Shown: piece after piece, positions 41,898-50,734 of the stretch
How positions within the stretch are numbered: position 1 is the first letter of the stretch
Layout of the letters: the number at the start of each line of letters is the position of its first letter
DNA from: a virus
Taxonomy: Duplodnaviria > Heunggongvirae > Uroviricota > Caudoviricetes
DNA: 59,758 nt
Reading direction: 5' to 3' (one strand)
IMG/VR virus record: IMGVR_UViG_3300025310_000004
Location: 1 to 59,758 of that record
Program-made: the position numbers and the translations under genes
The notes under the pieces: generated by a model
What the model saw: the letters and a program-made list of their open reading frames with translations, nothing else
Told to the model about the DNA's origin: nothing
Database searches by the model: none

Positions 41898-42651
41898 CGT
41901 CGTCCTCTGGCTGGTAGAGGTCGAAGCCGATGGCGGTGGCACCGAAGAACTCCTCGGCCACCACCAAGGTGGTGCCGGACCCGGCGAAGGGGTCCACCAC
42001 CACATCTCCCCGCTGGATGCCCGAGGGACGCAGACACCGCTCGACCAACTCGTAGGGGAACGGAGCAGGTCCGCGGCCCTTGGCTGACGACGGGGCGAAG
42101 TGCCAGACGGTCCCCGTTTCGGCGAGCGCCTCGTGGTCCCAGCGGTAGCCCTTGTCCTTGGCGAAGCAGTAGATCATCTCGTGCGCTGGGCGCACGCGAC
42201 GGACGTGCTTGAGGTCCTCGCGCCGCTCCAACTTCTTGTCCCAGATGATCTCGGCCCGCAGCAGCCAGCCGTCGGCCAGCATCCGGTTGACCAGGCGGCC
42301 GTGCACGTTGCACCACGTCATGTTGGGCAGGCCCGTCTCACCCTGCTTCCACTTGCGACGGCCCTCCTTGGTGCCCCCGGCGTTGTAGTCGCCACCAGCA
42401 CCACCCGATCCCGAGGCGGTGTCCCAGATGTTGAGCCACAGCAACCCGGTGGGCTTGAGGATGCGCTGGCACTCGCGCATCGTCTCCTGCAGCGAGTAGA
42501 GGTAGTCCTCCATCGAGTCGCCTCGGCCGATCTCGTTGGGGTCCTCCCCGTAGGCCCGCTGGCCGAAGTAGGGCGGGCTGGTCACGATGGCATCCACCGA
42601 GTTGTCCTCAAGGGGGATGCCGCTGCTTACGTCGTGGATACGAATGTCCAT
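41890..42651 (-). CDS. N4-cytosine/N6-adenine DNA methyltransferase (beta class)
   Basis: VTSPPYF, RILKPTG.LWLNI.D, VVDPFAGSGTT; leaderless. Confidence 0.9.
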   Translation of the reverse strand: MDIRIHDVSSGIPLEDNSVDAIVTSPPYFGQRAYGEDPNEIGRGDSMEDYLYSLQETMRECQRILKPTGLLWLNIWDTASGSGGAGGDYNAGGTKEGRRKWKQGETGLPNMTWCNVHGRLVNRMLADGWLLRAEIIWDKKLERREDLKHVRRVRPAHEMIYCFAKDKGYRWDHEALAETGTVWHFAPSSAKGRGPAPFPYELVERCLRPSGIQRGDVVVDPFAGSGTTLVVAEEFFGATAIGFDLYQPEDDDA

Positions 42652-42658
42652 GGCGGTC

Positions 42659-42717
42659 ACCATAGCGCCTGGGTGCGACGTTGCTGTCTACAAGGTGTCA
42701 CACCTGGCTGGTAAGGT
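42659..42717. promoter_or_regulatory. Divergent pair of phage promoters
   Basis: Minus CGTCGCACC-N7-TATGGT (42659-42680), plus TGTCACACC-N7-TAAGGT (42696-42717). Confidence 0.75.
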
Positions 42718-42754
42718 CGTCGCCGTGACCACGAGCCGATGAAAGGAGGCCACC

Positions 42755-42937
42755 ATGTCAGCGACAGCAAGTTGGCACGTCTCCTGCGATGTCTGCGGAG
42801 ACGATGATGGCCTCAACCAAGCAGCAGGGACGGCCGCTGAGGCCCGTGACCGGGTGCGTTCTTTCGGCTGGCACGTTGGTCGCACCAGCGGACGACGCGA
42901 CATCTGCGACCTGTGCTGGGATCAGGGGGAGCGATGA
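42755..42937 (+). CDS. Zn-ribbon protein
   Basis: CDVC...GW...RDICDLC, AAAGGAGG RBS. Confidence 0.7.
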   Translation: MSATASWHVSCDVCGDDDGLNQAAGTAAEARDRVRSFGWHVGRTSGRRDICDLCWDQGER

Positions 42938-43215
42938 CCGATCCACGCGTTGAACTCATCGATCGCTTCACTGCGGCCACCCACTTCATCGCCGACGATG
43001 GTTACCCCGCCATCCGGGTGCTCACCTCCGAGGAGTCGGCCGACCTCGCCCTCACCGTGATCGAGCAGTTGCTCTCCGATGCTAAGGAGGTCGCCATGAC
43101 CCAGATCATCGAGCGCGATTGGGCCGACTACCGCCCCCGCCACGCCGCTGAGGCTGCCGCCTACCACATGGCCGACACCATCGCCTCGGCCGTCACCAGG
43201 GAGCCGTTGGGATGA
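42934..43215 (+). CDS. Hypothetical protein
   Basis: ATGA overlap. Confidence 0.65.
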   Translation: MTDPRVELIDRFTAATHFIADDGYPAIRVLTSEESADLALTVIEQLLSDAKEVAMTQIIERDWADYRPRHAAEAAAYHMADTIASAVTREPLG

Positions 43216-43424
43216 TCGTCACCACGATGGACGTGTTCTGCGACGGCCTCGACCCCGACGTGCCGGACTGCCCTCAGTGGGTTGGTGGAGCCATCAACAG
43301 CACAGCGACGGCCGCACGTCGTGCTGCTGCAGCAGAGGGCTGGGTTCGCAAGTCGGTGCATGGGTCCACGCGTGACCTCTGCCCCGAGTGTCAGGTCAAG
43401 TTGGAGGGGAACCGTGGCCGTTGA
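43212..43424 (+). CDS. Zn-ribbon protein, similar to 42755..42937
   Basis: CDG...C...GW...RDLCPEC. Confidence 0.65.
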   Translation: MIVTTMDVFCDGLDPDVPDCPQWVGGAINSTATAARRAAAAEGWVRKSVHGSTRDLCPECQVKLEGNRGR

Positions 43425-43617
43425 TGGCATCCGCATCGAACTGACTATCACTCTTGCTGTCGATGAGGTCGATGTCCTCAAGGCGTTCGCCGAGAAGGTT
43501 CTCAGTGACCAACATTGGGGACGCCACGACCATCAGCCCGTTACGGCAGCAGAAGCAAGGTTGGCTCGCAAGTTGACTTCGATCTTGTCTCCACCGGAGG
43601 AGGGTTCCAGTGAGTGA
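43414..43617 (+). CDS. Hypothetical protein
   Basis: GGAGG RBS, GTG start. Confidence 0.6.
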   Translation: MAVDGIRIELTITLAVDEVDVLKAFAEKVLSDQHWGRHDHQPVTAAEARLARKLTSILSPPEEGSSE

Positions 43618-43786
43618 ACCCATCAAGGTGACCGTCTCCGACCCCAACACCGGGGAGGTGTTGGGAGAGAAGGTCGTGTCCAATGACTACATCTTGATCT
43701 GCGCTGGTGACGTGTACCTCGACCGCACCGACGCGCACGCCAACGGCACGCACGTCCTAACCGTGAAGGGATGCCGCAATGGCTAG
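43610..43786 (+). CDS. Hypothetical protein (58 aa, not in the ORF track)
   Basis: MSEPIKVTVSDPNTGEVL..., overlaps. Confidence 0.6.
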   Translation: MSEPIKVTVSDPNTGEVLGEKVVSNDYILICAGDVYLDRTDAHANGTHVLTVKGCRNG

Positions 43787-44063
43787 TGGAGTGGAGATCA
43801 TCACCTTCGAGCGCCAGCGCCAGATCGACCAGGAGGGTTGGACGGCTGAGCACGACGACGAACACGTCCATGGCGAGTTGGCCGCTGCTGCAGTCTGCTA
43901 CGCCATGTACGCCGATCCCGATGGAGCGGGTGAATGCGCCGACGACTTCTGGCCATGGGACTCCTCATGGTGGGAGCCGAGCGACGATCCGATCCGCAAC
44001 CTGGCTCGTGCTGGTGCTCTCATCGCCGCCGAGATCGACCGACGGGTGAGGGCAGAGTCGTGA
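43779..44063 (+). CDS. Conserved phage hypothetical protein
   Basis: ERQRQI..EGWT.EHDD.H..GELA.AA.CYA, WPW...WW.P, L.RAGALIAAEIDR. Confidence 0.8.
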   Translation: MASGVEIITFERQRQIDQEGWTAEHDDEHVHGELAAAAVCYAMYADPDGAGECADDFWPWDSSWWEPSDDPIRNLARAGALIAAEIDRRVRAES

Positions 44064-44341
44064 GCGTCCCTGGTCTGCTCACCATCGAGGGTCCTCGCCT
44101 CAACGACGGTCCATCACCAGAGGCGTTCCTGATCGCCCAGGACATGGACATCGGTTCCCACATCCTCATCATCCGCAAGGGTCCGCTCTGCCTGTTCCGC
44201 TACGACGCCTGCGAGTACGAGGTGCAGGAGATTCACGGGTGCCGGGTTCCCTGGCTCAAGTGGGTGACCTTCGGATTCACCAAGCGCAGCGTGCTCCGCA
44301 AGTTGTGCCACGCCAAGCAGAGGAACCCCAATGGCCACTGA
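44060..44341 (+). CDS. Hypothetical protein
   Basis: GTGA overlap. Confidence 0.6.
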   Translation: MSVPGLLTIEGPRLNDGPSPEAFLIAQDMDIGSHILIIRKGPLCLFRYDACEYEVQEIHGCRVPWLKWVTFGFTKRSVLRKLCHAKQRNPNGH

Positions 44342-44591
44342 CCTCACCGACGAAGAACTCGCCATCATCGAGCACGCCATCCACGCGCACGAAGGTGCCG
44401 AGGACCGCAACCCCATCAGCGACATGCTGGCCCTGATCGCCGAGGTCAGGCGTACTCGCCCCCTGCTGCGTGAACTCAAGATCGCTCTCGATTGGATGGT
44501 GGCGGAGTCGGGGTGCGACGAGAACGGCGAGTACGACACAGAAGCAGCCCGCAGCGCAGAAGCGCTGCTCGATCGAATGGACAAGATGTGA
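44331..44591 (+). CDS. Hypothetical protein
   Basis: Operon overlap. Confidence 0.65.
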   Translation: MATDLTDEELAIIEHAIHAHEGAEDRNPISDMLALIAEVRRTRPLLRELKIALDWMVAESGCDENGEYDTEAARSAEALLDRMDKM

Positions 44592-44782
44592 GCCGCAAGA
44601 ACACCGACACCTACAAGCAGGTCGCTGAGCAGATCGACGCCCACGGCATCGAGTTCGGCAAGCGCTACTGCGATCCGGCTTCGGAGTTCGAGGGTGAAGT
44701 CACCGCCCTCTACTTCTTCAAGCACGGCTGCATGCGCGTGTCGCTGGCAACGGAGAGGTCTGGTCATGACCTGCGAGCGTAA
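44588..44782 (+). CDS. Hypothetical protein
   Basis: GTGA overlap. Confidence 0.55.
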   Translation: MSRKNTDTYKQVAEQIDAHGIEFGKRYCDPASEFEGEVTALYFFKHGCMRVSLATERSGHDLRA

Positions 44783-44975
44783 GGACGCCTGCCCGCGCCC
44801 ACGAGCCAGGCGCAAGTGGCGCAATCGTCTCTGGGTGTGCCCAGGCTGCGGTCAGGGCTGGGTCTGCTACGACATCGGCTCTTGGGGTGGTATCGCATGG
44901 GTCTGGGGCAAGTGGCCCCGTGAGAAGGAAGAAGGGCCGCTCGCCGAGCGAGCCGAGTGGGAGGACATGTCGTGA
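44766..44975 (+). CDS. Hypothetical protein
   Basis: GGAGAGG RBS. Confidence 0.55.
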   Translation: MTCERKDACPRPRARRKWRNRLWVCPGCGQGWVCYDIGSWGGIAWVWGKWPREKEEGPLAERAEWEDMS

Positions 44976-45292
44976 GTGTCTTTGAGAATCGAGAGTTCAT
45001 CAAGATGAACACCAAGGCGCACTTTGAGGAGTGGCCCTCTGGTGACATCGCGGTTCAGCCGCTCAGTGAGCCGTACTTCGCCTTTCGGTGGATCGCGGAG
45101 GATTGCGCCCCATCCCAGAGTGATGTGCTGAGGTCTATTGCCGAGTTCTTGGAAGCCAACTCAAACATCTACCTGCTGATGCTCAAGGAGTCGGGCGGCG
45201 AGGACTACAACTCCATTGAGGCGATCTTCTACTCCACCGAGTCTGCTGATGAAGTCGTCATCCATCGGAGCCCCCGTGCGTCCGACGAGTGA
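44972..45292 (+). CDS. Hypothetical protein
   Basis: GGAGG RBS, GTGA overlap. Confidence 0.6.
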   Translation: MSVFENREFIKMNTKAHFEEWPSGDIAVQPLSEPYFAFRWIAEDCAPSQSDVLRSIAEFLEANSNIYLLMLKESGGEDYNSIEAIFYSTESADEVVIHRSPRASDE

Positions 45293-45479
45293 TCTACCCC
45301 ATCCCGACCGTTGTGAGTGGTGCGCCGCCCGCGCCGAGGAGACGGGGGGCGTCGTGAGCCTGTGCCTCAACCATCAGTTCGAGGCCGACCAGCGACGTGC
45401 CGCCAAGTGCTTCTACGCCTCCGCCGCCGCCGCTCTTGATGAGGTGGACAACCACCGGATTGGACCAGCACCATGGTGA
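45276..45479 (+). CDS. Zn-finger hypothetical protein
   Basis: CEWC...C..H. Confidence 0.55.
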   Translation: MRPTSDLPHPDRCEWCAARAEETGGVVSLCLNHQFEADQRRAAKCFYASAAAALDEVDNHRIGPAPW

Positions 45480-45712
45480 ACGACGCAGAAGCCCTCCCCC
45501 GCCCCTTCCGCCTTGTCCGCTCTGAGGACGTGACCGGGTTGTCCGGCACTGGCATCGTCGCGTGGGGATGCCTGTTCCCCGACGGCAAGGCCGTCACGCG
45601 CTGGTGTGTGAGTGAGACACGCCAGACCTGCGTGTGGGACTCGCTCTCCGACATCATGGCTGTCCATGGCCACGACGGTCGCACCACGATCGAGTTCCCT
45701 GGCGATGAGTGA
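45473..45712 (+). CDS. Phage hypothetical protein
   Basis: R.F.L.R.EDVTG.SGTG.VA.G..FPDG...RW. Confidence 0.7.
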   Translation: MVNDAEALPRPFRLVRSEDVTGLSGTGIVAWGCLFPDGKAVTRWCVSETRQTCVWDSLSDIMAVHGHDGRTTIEFPGDE

Positions 45713-45842
45713 TCCACGTCCCACCGCAGAGGACTACGACCGCTGGGCCGAAGAAGCCGCCTTCGAGGCGGAGTTGGAGGCCGACCAGCGCTGGGAAGAA
45801 GATCAGATCATGGCGGACTGGCAGGAGGACCAGGAATGGTGA
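45705..45842 (+). CDS. Acidic microprotein (45 aa)
   Basis: 17 of 45 residues D/E, 3 Trp. Confidence 0.6.
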   Translation: MSDPRPTAEDYDRWAEEAAFEAELEADQRWEEDQIMADWQEDQEW

Positions 45843-46171
45843 CGACCTGCCCCGGATGCGGACGAACCTGTGGAAGCGGTGACGGCGCATTGAACCCGTG
45901 CCCGTACTGCCGCGGCACCTTCGATCGGTTCCCTGGTTCCGATGCCTCGGTGTTCATCCAGTGGAAGGGCACCGACCTGTGCATGGACTTCCACTGCGAG
46001 TGCGGCTACCACAGCCACATCCACGGGATGTTCGGCTACACGATCGAGTGCGTCGGCTGCGAGGCGCTCTACGAGATGGGCACCCAGGTGCGGGCGCGCC
46101 GGATGAGTGACGAGGAAGCCAAGCGGTGGCGAGATCGTGACCTCGCCATCTTGAGAGATGGAGACGAATGA
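45836..46171 (+). CDS. Cys-rich hypothetical protein
   Basis: IQWKGTD.CMDFHC.CG. Confidence 0.65.
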   Translation: MVTTCPGCGRTCGSGDGALNPCPYCRGTFDRFPGSDASVFIQWKGTDLCMDFHCECGYHSHIHGMFGYTIECVGCEALYEMGTQVRARRMSDEEAKRWRDRDLAILRDGDE

Positions 46172-46353
46172 TGCAGAGCCTCTACTGCGCCATCTGCTGG
46201 TACCTGCCCGCCAAGGCCGAGTCCGATGCTGTTGTGGCTGTTTCGATTGCCAACGGCTACGCGCTGTGCGAGGACCACATGGACATCGAGCCGGTCCCGG
46301 CTGCGATCCACCAACTGATCTCCAACGCCTGGAAGGAACAGCGTGATGACTGA
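46168..46353 (+). CDS. Hypothetical protein
   Basis: ATGA overlap. Confidence 0.6.
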   Translation: MMQSLYCAICWYLPAKAESDAVVAVSIANGYALCEDHMDIEPVPAAIHQLISNAWKEQRDD

Positions 46354-46591
46354 GCGCAACTACTGGAAGCCAGAGATCGGCGATGAGGTCTGGATGAACT
46401 ACCCGGACCACACCGAACCTCTTGGCGTGGTGGTCGGGTTCAACCCTGATGACGCCGATCATCGGCCTGGCCAGCCCGTCATCAAGAAGGCAGATGGAAG
46501 CCACATCAACTGCCATCCCTTCTTCCTGTTGCCGTTCCAACTCGGTGGCCCCGAGTGGCAACTTGCTGAGGCTGAGGGCCGTGTCGGCTGA
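46346..46591 (+). CDS. Hypothetical protein
   Basis: Operon overlap. Confidence 0.6.
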   Translation: MTERNYWKPEIGDEVWMNYPDHTEPLGVVVGFNPDDADHRPGQPVIKKADGSHINCHPFFLLPFQLGGPEWQLAEAEGRVG

Positions 46592-46766
46592 TCCGCTGGC
46601 GGCCTATCGCTGCAGCCATGGACATCTGTTCTTGGGCTGCCCCCATGACGACTGCCCCGAGCAGAACGCCTATCTGGCGCGCCAGACGCACCTGATGGAC
46701 CAATGGGAAGCCGGGATGCTCGACAACGCCCGGCGCGCCGTGCGGGAGGCCCTCGGCCTTGAGTGA
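46581..46766 (+). CDS. Hypothetical protein
   Basis: GTG start, overlap. Confidence 0.55.
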   Translation: MSADPLAAYRCSHGHLFLGCPHDDCPEQNAYLARQTHLMDQWEAGMLDNARRAVREALGLE

Positions 46767-47031
46767 CGAGTTCCCCGCCCCCTGGGTGCTCCACAACGAC
46801 TACTGCATCTGCAAGTCGCTGTACGGCAACCCGACGTGCTGGCGCGCTCTGTGCAAGGAGTGCGGCAACTACCTCGCCTACCACATGGCGACCCAAGACG
46901 CAGCCGCCCTGCAGGCTCAGGGGCTCATCGACAACGGCCATCGCTGCGGTCGGTTCATGCGGGATGACGAGGTGCATCGCTACGCCACCAAGGTGGCCGA
47001 GGCCGAGGTTCGCGCTCGTGGTGGCTGGTGA
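46759..47031 (+). CDS. Cys-rich hypothetical protein
   Basis: GGAGG RBS. Confidence 0.55.
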   Translation: MSDEFPAPWVLHNDYCICKSLYGNPTCWRALCKECGNYLAYHMATQDAAALQAQGLIDNGHRCGRFMRDDEVHRYATKVAEAEVRARGGW

Positions 47032-47053
47032 TGTCGCACCCGTGATGTAGAGT
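47032..47053 (+). promoter_or_regulatory. Phage promoter TGTCGCACC-N7-TAGAGT (leaderless)
   Basis: ATG 7 nt after the -10. Confidence 0.75.
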
Positions 47054-47060
47054 CACACCC

Positions 47061-47342
47061 ATGTCTACCGACAGCGACACCCTGGTCCCGCCTCCGGTCA
47101 GCGAATGGCCGACGGTACGTCCGAACGGCGAGAAGATCATGTGTCCCCTGTGTATCGATGCCAACGGGTGGCCTCCGCCATCTGATCCGGCCCCCCACTA
47201 CTGGTGGACCCGTAGGCACATGTGCGAGCACGTTCGCTGCGAGTGCGGAGTCGTTCGCACCCCAAACGCCTTGCCCGCCCATCGTCGCTCCAAGCGTCAC
47301 CTGCAGTGGGAGCACGACTACGAGGATGACCGTGAGTTCTGA
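47061..47342 (+). CDS. Zn-finger protein
   Basis: CPLC, CECG...H..SKRH. Confidence 0.65.
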   Translation: MSTDSDTLVPPPVSEWPTVRPNGEKIMCPLCIDANGWPPPSDPAPHYWWTRRHMCEHVRCECGVVRTPNALPAHRRSKRHLQWEHDYEDDREF

Positions 47343-47517
47343 TCGCTCCATCGAGCGCCCCACCATCGAGTCCATCGAGCAGGCCGAGATGTGGATTGGC
47401 GTACATCATGCCTGGGGCATCAAGGACGCTGAGCGGATGAACCGGATCGAGGATCGCCTCGCTCGCCTTGAGCAGCCATGGTGGCGACGCCTGCTGTTCG
47501 GGAGGCGACCATGGTGA
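47326..47517 (+). CDS. Hypothetical protein
   Basis: Operon overlap. Confidence 0.55.
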   Translation: MTVSSDRSIERPTIESIEQAEMWIGVHHAWGIKDAERMNRIEDRLARLEQPWWRRLLFGRRPW

Positions 47518-47858
47518 ACATCCCTCGTGAGGAGATCGTCAGGGAGTTCGTCCTGGCGGCAGACAGCACCCGCATCGAGCGCGTGTTCACTATCACCGAA
47601 GCGGCCGATGTGGCTGAGAGGCTTGTCAGTCGAGCCATCGAGATCGATCGCGACCCCAATGCCGAAGGGACGGCGGCCTTCGGCTGGTCGAACGAGATGA
47701 CGACGTATCTCTATCTCATTGCCAAGTTGGCCAAGTTGCTCCCCGACCCCCGCGAGCGCGAGGTCATGCTGACCCCAGAGGAGAGTGCCGTACTCACCTA
47801 CGCCGTCTCCTACGTCGAGGCAGCCCAAGACCCAAGGACCTGGAAGCGCCATGGATGA
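47511..47858 (+). CDS. Hypothetical protein
   Basis: GGAGG RBS. Confidence 0.65.
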   Translation: MVNIPREEIVREFVLAADSTRIERVFTITEAADVAERLVSRAIEIDRDPNAEGTAAFGWSNEMTTYLYLIAKLAKLLPDPREREVMLTPEESAVLTYAVSYVEAAQDPRTWKRHG

Positions 47859-48129
47859 GGCAGAGAAGGCCAAGTATCGCGAGGCGCGCACCGCCCTGCG
47901 TCGCTGGTTCTACTTCGATCACGTCGAGAACTTCGACTTCGCCGACGAGAACGACATGAGCGACGAGGACTACGAGGCCCTTGAGGATGCCTACAAGAAG
48001 ATCATGGGCATCTTGTGCAAGTACGCAGGCCATGTGGTCGAGAACGACATGTGCGGCAGGCCCGAGCACCGCTACTGCGTGGAGTGCCTTACCCTGCAGC
48101 CCAACGCGGAGGTCACTCCCCGTGGATGA
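47851..48129 (+). CDS. Hypothetical protein
   Basis: CGRPEHRYC..C. Confidence 0.65.
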   Translation: MDEAEKAKYREARTALRRWFYFDHVENFDFADENDMSDEDYEALEDAYKKIMGILCKYAGHVVENDMCGRPEHRYCVECLTLQPNAEVTPRG

Positions 48130-48382
48130 CGACGAGTTCTGGCACGAGGTGCTCGAAGAACGCCACCACTGGTACGTCTACGACCGGATGGACTCCTTCC
48201 TTACCGGAGTGACGGCTGGCATCCTCTACTTCGGGTGCTCGCTTGCCCTTTCGATCTTCATTTCTGGCCTGATCGCCATTGTCATCTGCCTGGTTGGCAT
48301 CGTCGCATTTGCCAAGTACCACGAGAACAAGATCATCGAGGACAACCGCGACCTCTGGCACTTCGAGGAGGATGACGAGTGA
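48122..48382 (+). CDS. Membrane protein with two TM helices
   Basis: GGAGG RBS, hydrophobic core. Confidence 0.6.
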   Translation: MDDDEFWHEVLEERHHWYVYDRMDSFLTGVTAGILYFGCSLALSIFISGLIAIVICLVGIVAFAKYHENKIIEDNRDLWHFEEDDE

Positions 48383-48543
48383 CGATCTGCTACGAGTACG
48401 AGTGCCGCACCTGTGGCATGACCCACTTCCATCGTGAGCGTGGCCTCGAAGGCCAGGCTTGCCAGCGAGAGGGTTGTGCCGGAACCATCAAGCGCGTCTG
48501 GCGCGCCAATGTGATGTGGCCCATGCACGAGAGGGGCCACTGA
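48379..48543 (+). CDS. FmdB-like Zn-ribbon protein (54 aa, not in the ORF track)
   Basis: YEYECRTCG...C...C...KRVW. Confidence 0.65.
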   Translation: MTICYEYECRTCGMTHFHRERGLEGQACQREGCAGTIKRVWRANVMWPMHERGH

Positions 48544-48797
48544 TGGCCGAACTCAACGCCGCCATCCCCCGCAACATCTGGCATCTCACTGACATCCAGA
48601 CCAGGGTGCTGCTCGCCGTCCTCGCAGGCCATCGATTCGGTGGTCGCATCGCTGAGGCAACCGGGATCAACCGGACGAGCGTCTGGGGAGCGCTACGTCG
48701 AATGAGCGAGTACGGGCTGGTCACCTGGGACGAGGGACGCCACGGCACCATTCGCGCCACGGTGAAGATGGTCAACCCTCACAGTTCGAGGCCATAG
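48543..48797 (+). CDS. Winged-helix DNA-binding protein (LexA N-domain-like)
   Basis: LTDIQTRVL...RIAEATGINRTSVWGALRRMSEYGLVTWDEGRHGTIR. Confidence 0.65.
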   Translation: MAELNAAIPRNIWHLTDIQTRVLLAVLAGHRFGGRIAEATGINRTSVWGALRRMSEYGLVTWDEGRHGTIRATVKMVNPHSSRP

Positions 48798-49192
48798 GCC
48801 AAGCAGGCGTGGCGGTAGCACCGCGCCGCCTCTGGTGACATGAACCTGCCGATCAAGGCGTGGTGGGCCTGACGGAACATCAGCCCGTGCATCTGCTTGC
48901 GCTCGCGTGCCGAGCAGAAGTGCGCCATCTCGTGCAGCAGGGTGAAGTCGGTTTGGCTCCATGGCGGCAGGTAGATCACGTTGTTGGTGAAGTCGGCATA
49001 CGCGTGGGCGTGCCTGGACGCCTTGACCACCACCTTGCGTCTGATCACCGCAGGCCAGCGGTTGATGAACCACTGTGTCGAGATGACACGCTCGAAGTAG
49101 GCCGCGGCTGATTCCCCATCGGGGAACCGAGTCGGATACCTCATGAGGTATACCGCCCGCTCTGCCTCGTACAGCGTGTCGTCGGGGGTCAT
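48779..49192 (-). CDS. HEXXH metallohydrolase (Rv0185/SprT-like)
   Basis: TLLHEMAH...HG..F...MSPEAA; start may be 49204. Confidence 0.75.
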   Translation of the reverse strand: MTPDDTLYEAERAVYLMRYPTRFPDGESAAAYFERVISTQWFINRWPAVIRRKVVVKASRHAHAYADFTNNVIYLPPWSQTDFTLLHEMAHFCSARERKQMHGLMFRQAHHALIGRFMSPEAARCYRHACLAYGLEL

Positions 49193-49227
49193 GACCCCAT
49201 GCAACCACGAGTTGCGCCGTCAGTGGG

Positions 49228-49632
49228 TTGGTTGTGGTGCAACTAGGCTTGAGTCGTCGCGCGTGCTGTGATCTGCGTCAGCCCTTGAGGAGCGTTGATA
49301 TGGCCACTCTCCGCATCGGAGGCGCTGAGGGCCTCTACCCAGAGTTGGCGGCGTTGGCGGCTCTGGCCTCTAGCGGTCCCATCACGGTCAACTGCTACGT
49401 CACTGACCCCAACTCCAAGGGCCTCGTGGCCCATCGCGATCCCTACGACATCGTGGTGGTCCAGATTGCCGGGACTAAGCAATAGTTCGTGGAGAATGAT
49501 GAGCCGTTCTGGCTACATCGAGGCGAGACGTTCTATCTGCCAGCCAACAGGCTGTATTATACGGTGGCTGGGTCAGAGGGCAGCATCTCGCTTGCTGTCG
49601 GGCTGCAGTGGACGAACCTCCTGAGAAAGTAG
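49228..49632 (+). pseudogene. Degenerate JmjC/cupin 2OG-Fe(II) oxygenase
   Basis: NCYVT..GL.AH.D.YD..V.QI.GTKQ* then L..GE.FYLP; in-frame TAG at 49483. Confidence 0.7.
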
Positions 49633-49667
49633 TTGTCATACCGGGTATTACCCGGTATGATTAGTTC

Positions 49668-49931
49668 ATGTCCACAGCAGAGGAGAGGCGAGAGATGGCC
49701 CGGCGTCGCATCACGGTGTCGTCGCTCGCCCCCAAGTCAACCGAACCGATGGTGCGGTCCTACACCGGCCTCGGGGACACCTACTCCACCTTGTCGGTCA
49801 AGGTGCCTCAGAGCATGGCAACTGACCTTGCGGTCTTTGCCGCTGATAGGGGGATGTCGGTGTCGGAGGCCGTGCGGACATGTATCCAGACCACCCTCGA
49901 TGCGACCCGAGAGGAGACTCCTCATGAGTGA
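49668..49931 (+). CDS. Ribbon-helix-helix DNA-binding protein
   Basis: TLSVKVP...L...A..RGMSVSEAVR, leaderless. Confidence 0.7.
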   Translation: MSTAEERREMARRRITVSSLAPKSTEPMVRSYTGLGDTYSTLSVKVPQSMATDLAVFAADRGMSVSEAVRTCIQTTLDATREETPHE

Positions 49932-50604
49932 TGCAATCCCCGTCCACATCTACTTCGTGCTCGACCGCTCTGGATCGATGTCCTCGATCCAGGCCGACGT
50001 GATCGGCGGCTTCAACCGCTTCATCGCCGAGCAGAAGGCCCAGCCCGGCAAGTGCCGCCTCACCCTGGTGCAGTTCGACAGCCAGGGTCCGCACGAGATC
50101 ATCCACGACGCCGTGAAGATCGCAGACGTGCCCGACCTCACCACCGTCACCTTCCAGCCTCGTGGTGGCACCCCGCTGCTCGACGCCGAGGGCTGGACGA
50201 TCAACCGGGCCATCGATCGCGAGAAGGCCCGCGCCGAGGAGGGCAAGAAGGCCGAGGCCATCTTGTTCGTGACCTACACCGACGGCCAGGAGAACCAGTC
50301 CCGTGAGTGGACCAAGGAGGCGCTCAGCGCCGCCAAGGCTTCCGCTGAGGAGCGTGGCTGGACCTTCACCTACCTGGGGTGCGGCCACGACGGCTACGGC
50401 CAGGCTTCCTCGATCGGCACCCACGCTGCAGCCACCCAGATGTTCGCTGGTGACACTCAGGGCGTGAGGGCTTCCTACGGCTCGCTGTCGAGCGCCACCA
50501 AGAGCCTGCGCTCCCGTGCGGCCAACGGCCAGCGCGTGGCGTCGGTCAACCTCTATGCCGAGGTGGGCAAGGCTGCCGAGGAGGACCTCCTCAGCCGCAC
50601 CTGA
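49924..50604 (+). CDS. von Willebrand factor A domain protein
   Basis: MIDAS motif FVLDRSGSM, RGGTPLLDA, TDGQEN.S. Confidence 0.85.
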   Translation: MSDAIPVHIYFVLDRSGSMSSIQADVIGGFNRFIAEQKAQPGKCRLTLVQFDSQGPHEIIHDAVKIADVPDLTTVTFQPRGGTPLLDAEGWTINRAIDREKARAEEGKKAEAILFVTYTDGQENQSREWTKEALSAAKASAEERGWTFTYLGCGHDGYGQASSIGTHAAATQMFAGDTQGVRASYGSLSSATKSLRSRAANGQRVASVNLYAEVGKAAEEDLLSRT

Positions 50605-50734
50605 TCTGGCGTGCAGAATTCTGCATTGCGTGCGAAATACCACAGCAGCGGCGGCCCGAAGGGTGCCCGCCGCTGCTGTGGTGTCTACGGCGTTCGACAG
50701 AACGCCGCTGCGCGAAATTGCGCTTTGCGCTTGG

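Noticed and set aside
49483-49485. Amber recoding or alternative genetic code
   Set aside because: TAG ends many well-supported genes here (for example 324, 8324, 52563, 54902), so a nonsense mutation is more likely.
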